Below, piece after piece: positions 60,485-64,000 of a DNA stretch of 64,000 nucleotides (position 1 is its first letter; every line of letters starts with the position of its first letter). The translations under genes and the position numbers were made by a program. The stretch is from NCBI RefSeq assembly GCF_009914755.1, contig NC_060940.1; one strand, 5' to 3'. Under the pieces are notes generated by a model that made no database searches, had not been told where the DNA came from, and worked only from the letters and a program-made list of their open reading frames with translations. This DNA is from the human T2T-CHM13v2.0 reference genome, Homo sapiens.

Positions 60485-61083
60485 TTAACAATGTAGGTTT
60501 TTCAAATATGGCTTTATGTTGAGATATTTCCCTTGTACGTTTAGTTTGTTGAATGTTTTCATTTTGAGAGGGTGTTACATTTTGTCACATGCCTTTGCTG
60601 CAGCAATTGAGATGATGTGATATGTTTCCCATTATTCCATTAATGTGGTATGTTACATTGAATTTTGTAGGTTGGACCATCCATGCATTTCAGGAGTAAA
60701 TCCCACTTGTTTGTGGTGTATAATCCTTCTAAAATGCTACTGAATTCAGTTTGCTAGTATTTGTAGAGGATTTTTGCATCATTGTGCATAAGGGATATTA
60801 GTCTGTGGTTTTATTTTATTGAATGCCTGGTTCTGATATGAGGGTAATACTGGCCTGTTAGAATGATTTAGGAAGTATTTCTTACTCTCCACTTTTTTGG
60901 AAAAGTTTTGAGAAGGGTTGGTACTACTAGTTGTTGTTTAAATGTTTGGTAGAATTAATCAGTGAAGCCTTCAGGTCCAGGACTTTTCTTAGGAGATTTT
61001 TGATTACTGATTAAATCTGCTTACTAGTTACAGGTCTCTTCAGCTTTTCTGTTTGTGATTTAGTCTTGGTAGGGGTTTTTTAA

Positions 61084-61266
<183 letters not shown>

Positions 61267-61388
61267 TAGTGGAGATGAGATTTTACCATGTTGGCCAGAC
61301 TGGTCTCAAAATCCTAACCGCAGGTGATCTGCCCACCTCGGCCTCCCAAAGTGCTGGCTTGCAGGCGTGAGCCACCACGCCCAGCCCT

Positions 61389-61467
61389 TGTTTGTTTTTT
61401 GTTGTGTGTGTGTGTGTGTGTGTTTGTTGTTGTTTTGTTTTTTGTTGTTTTTGTTGTTGTTGTTTTT
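61389..61467. repeat. Compound microsatellite (TG)n plus (GTT/GTTT)n derived from an Alu tail
   Basis: About 10 TG units at 61403-61422 followed by GTT-rich repeats. Confidence 0.85.
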
Positions 61468-62238
61468 GAGACGGGGTCTCACTTTGTTACCCAGACTGGA
61501 GTGCAGTTGCGTGATCACAGCTCGCTGCAGCCTCGACCTCCCAGGCTCAAAACGATCTTCCCACCTTGGCGCCCCAAGTAGCTGGGACCACAGGCACACG
61601 CCACCACACCTGGCTAATTTTTGTACTTTTTTGTAGAGACAGGTTTTCTCCATGTTGCCCAGGTTGGCCTTGAACTCCAAAGCTCAGACATCTGCCCACC
61701 TCAGTCTCCCAAAGTCTGGGATTACGGGCATGAGCCACTGTTTCTGGCTATTTCTCCCTTCAATTCTGTCAGTTTTGCTTTATATATTTTGATGGTCTGT
61801 TATTAGTTGTAATCTGTTTATAATTTTATCTTCTTGCTGTATTGAACCTTTATATAATGTCCTTTTTTAATCTTTTTTTTAAATTTAAAGTCTCTTTTGT
61901 CTTATAGTAATAGAGCCCTGCTCTCTTTTGGTTAGTGTTTGCATGGAATATGTTTTTCCATCCTTTGACTTTCAATCTAGTTGTGTCTTTGGATCTAAAG
62001 TGATTCTTTTTTGTAGTCCCAGTTACTTGGGAGGATGAGGCAGGAGGATTGCTTAAGCCCAGGAGTTCAAATCTAGCCTGAGCAACATAGAGAGACCCTG
62101 TCTCTCTAAAAATAAAAGTAAAAATAAAAAAGTAAGTTTCTTATAGATGGCATATAATTGGGTAATGTAGTTTTTTTCCACGTTGCCAATCTCTGTCTTC
62201 TGATTGGAGAGTTTAATCAATTTACACTTAGTTACTGA

Positions 62239-62598
<360 letters not shown>

Positions 62599-62782
62599 TA
62601 GTAGCTGGGACTACAAGTGCCCCCCACCACACCCAGCTAATTTTTGTATTTTTAGTAGAGAAAGGGTTTCACCATATTGGTCAGGCTGGTCTCGAACTAC
62701 TAACCTCAGGTGATCCACCTGCCTCGGCCTCCCAAAGTGCTGAGATTACAGGTGTGAGCCACTGTGCCCAGCCACCTTATAG

Positions 62783-62917
<135 letters not shown>

Positions 62918-64000
62918 TAGTAGTGGGATTATAAGCACGCACTACCATGCCCGGCTAATTTTTGTGTTTTTAGTAGAGATGGGGTTTTGCCGTGTTGGGC
63001 AGGCTGGTCTTGAACTCCTGACCTCAGGTGATCCACCCACCTCGGCCTCCCAAAGTGCTGAGATTACAGGCATGAGCCACTGTACCCGGCCATGGATTTT
63101 AAAATCTCTAATTACCTGCATTATTGTCTTCTTTTGTGTTTAGCTGGAGTTTTGTAGGTTTTCTTTTTTCTTTTTGTAGTAACATGTTTAACTATTTTCT
63201 CATTTTATTTTGTGTAACATTGTAATTTGAATTTATAGCAGCGTAATTTCAGTAACATGCAAAAATTCTGCTTCTTTATAGCTTCATCTCCACCCCTTTC
63301 AGTTGTCACAAAATTACATTATTATATACTGTGTGTCCCAAAACATAAACTCATAATTGTTTAAATGCATTAGTCTGCTAAGGCGTGTTTTATGGACCCG
63401 AATGTGATCTATCTTGGTGAATGTTCCATGTGAGCTTTAGAGGAATGTGTATCCTGCTGCTGTTGGATGAAGTGCTCTATAGATGTCAATTCTGTCTGGT
63501 TGCTTGATGGTGCTGTTGAGTTCATTATGTCCTTACTGATTTTCTGCCTGCTGGATCTGTCCACTTTGATAGATTGATGTTGAAGTTTCCAACTATAATA
63601 GTGAATTCATCTGCTTTTCCTTGCAGTTCTTAGTTTTTGCTTTGAGGATTTTGATGCTCTGTTGTTAGGCGTATACACATAAGGTTTGTTACCTCATCTT
63701 AGAGAAATACTCCTTTATAATTTTGTAATGTCCTTTTTCTATCCCTGATAATTTTCCTTGCTCTGAAGTCTGCTCTGCCTGAAATTAGTATAGCCACTGG
63801 GACTTTCTTTTTGATTCCTGCTATGTCTTTTTCCATCTCTTTAATTTTTTCTCTCTTTTTTTTTTTTTTAAAGACGAGAGTTTCACTCTTGTTGCCCAGG
63901 CTGGAGTGCAGTAGCTTGATCTCAGCTCCCTGCAACCTCCAACTCCTGGGTTCAAGCAATTCTCCTGCCTCAGCCTCCTAAGTAGCTGAGATTACAGGCA

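Overview
Human (primate) genomic DNA, very rich in Alu elements, recognisable as the SLX4 (FANCP/BTBD12) locus on 16p13.3. The complete SLX4 gene lies on the minus strand (about 12450-42875). I reconstructed 14 coding exons, all flanked by GT..AG introns, that sum to 5505 nt (1834 aa plus stop). The protein shows the two UBZ4 fingers, MLR, BTB, TRF2-binding motif, three SIMs, SAP and SLX1-binding domains. About 3.8 kb downstream on the same strand is the probable first exon and promoter of NLRC3, whose first intron runs off the left edge. At about 42.4-43.3 kb a CpG island with NRF1 and ETS/GABP motifs looks like a bidirectional promoter; its plus-strand exon is, from recall of the locus, a distal 5' exon of DNASE1. 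The right-hand 20 kb is almost entirely Alu, L1 and LTR debris. I see no convincing new biological system. The most interesting details are: (i) a zero-spacer fold-back Alu palindrome at 51.6-51.8 kb; (ii) an in-frame uORF and weak first AUG in the SLX4 leader, suggesting Met44 may be a major start; (iii) twin splice donors around a strong-Kozak AUG in NLRC3 exon 1; (iv) a self-complementary, two-way poly(A) signal at the SLX4 3' end. Repeat family names and boundaries were assigned by eye and are approximate. Neighbouring-gene names rest on recall, not on a database search.
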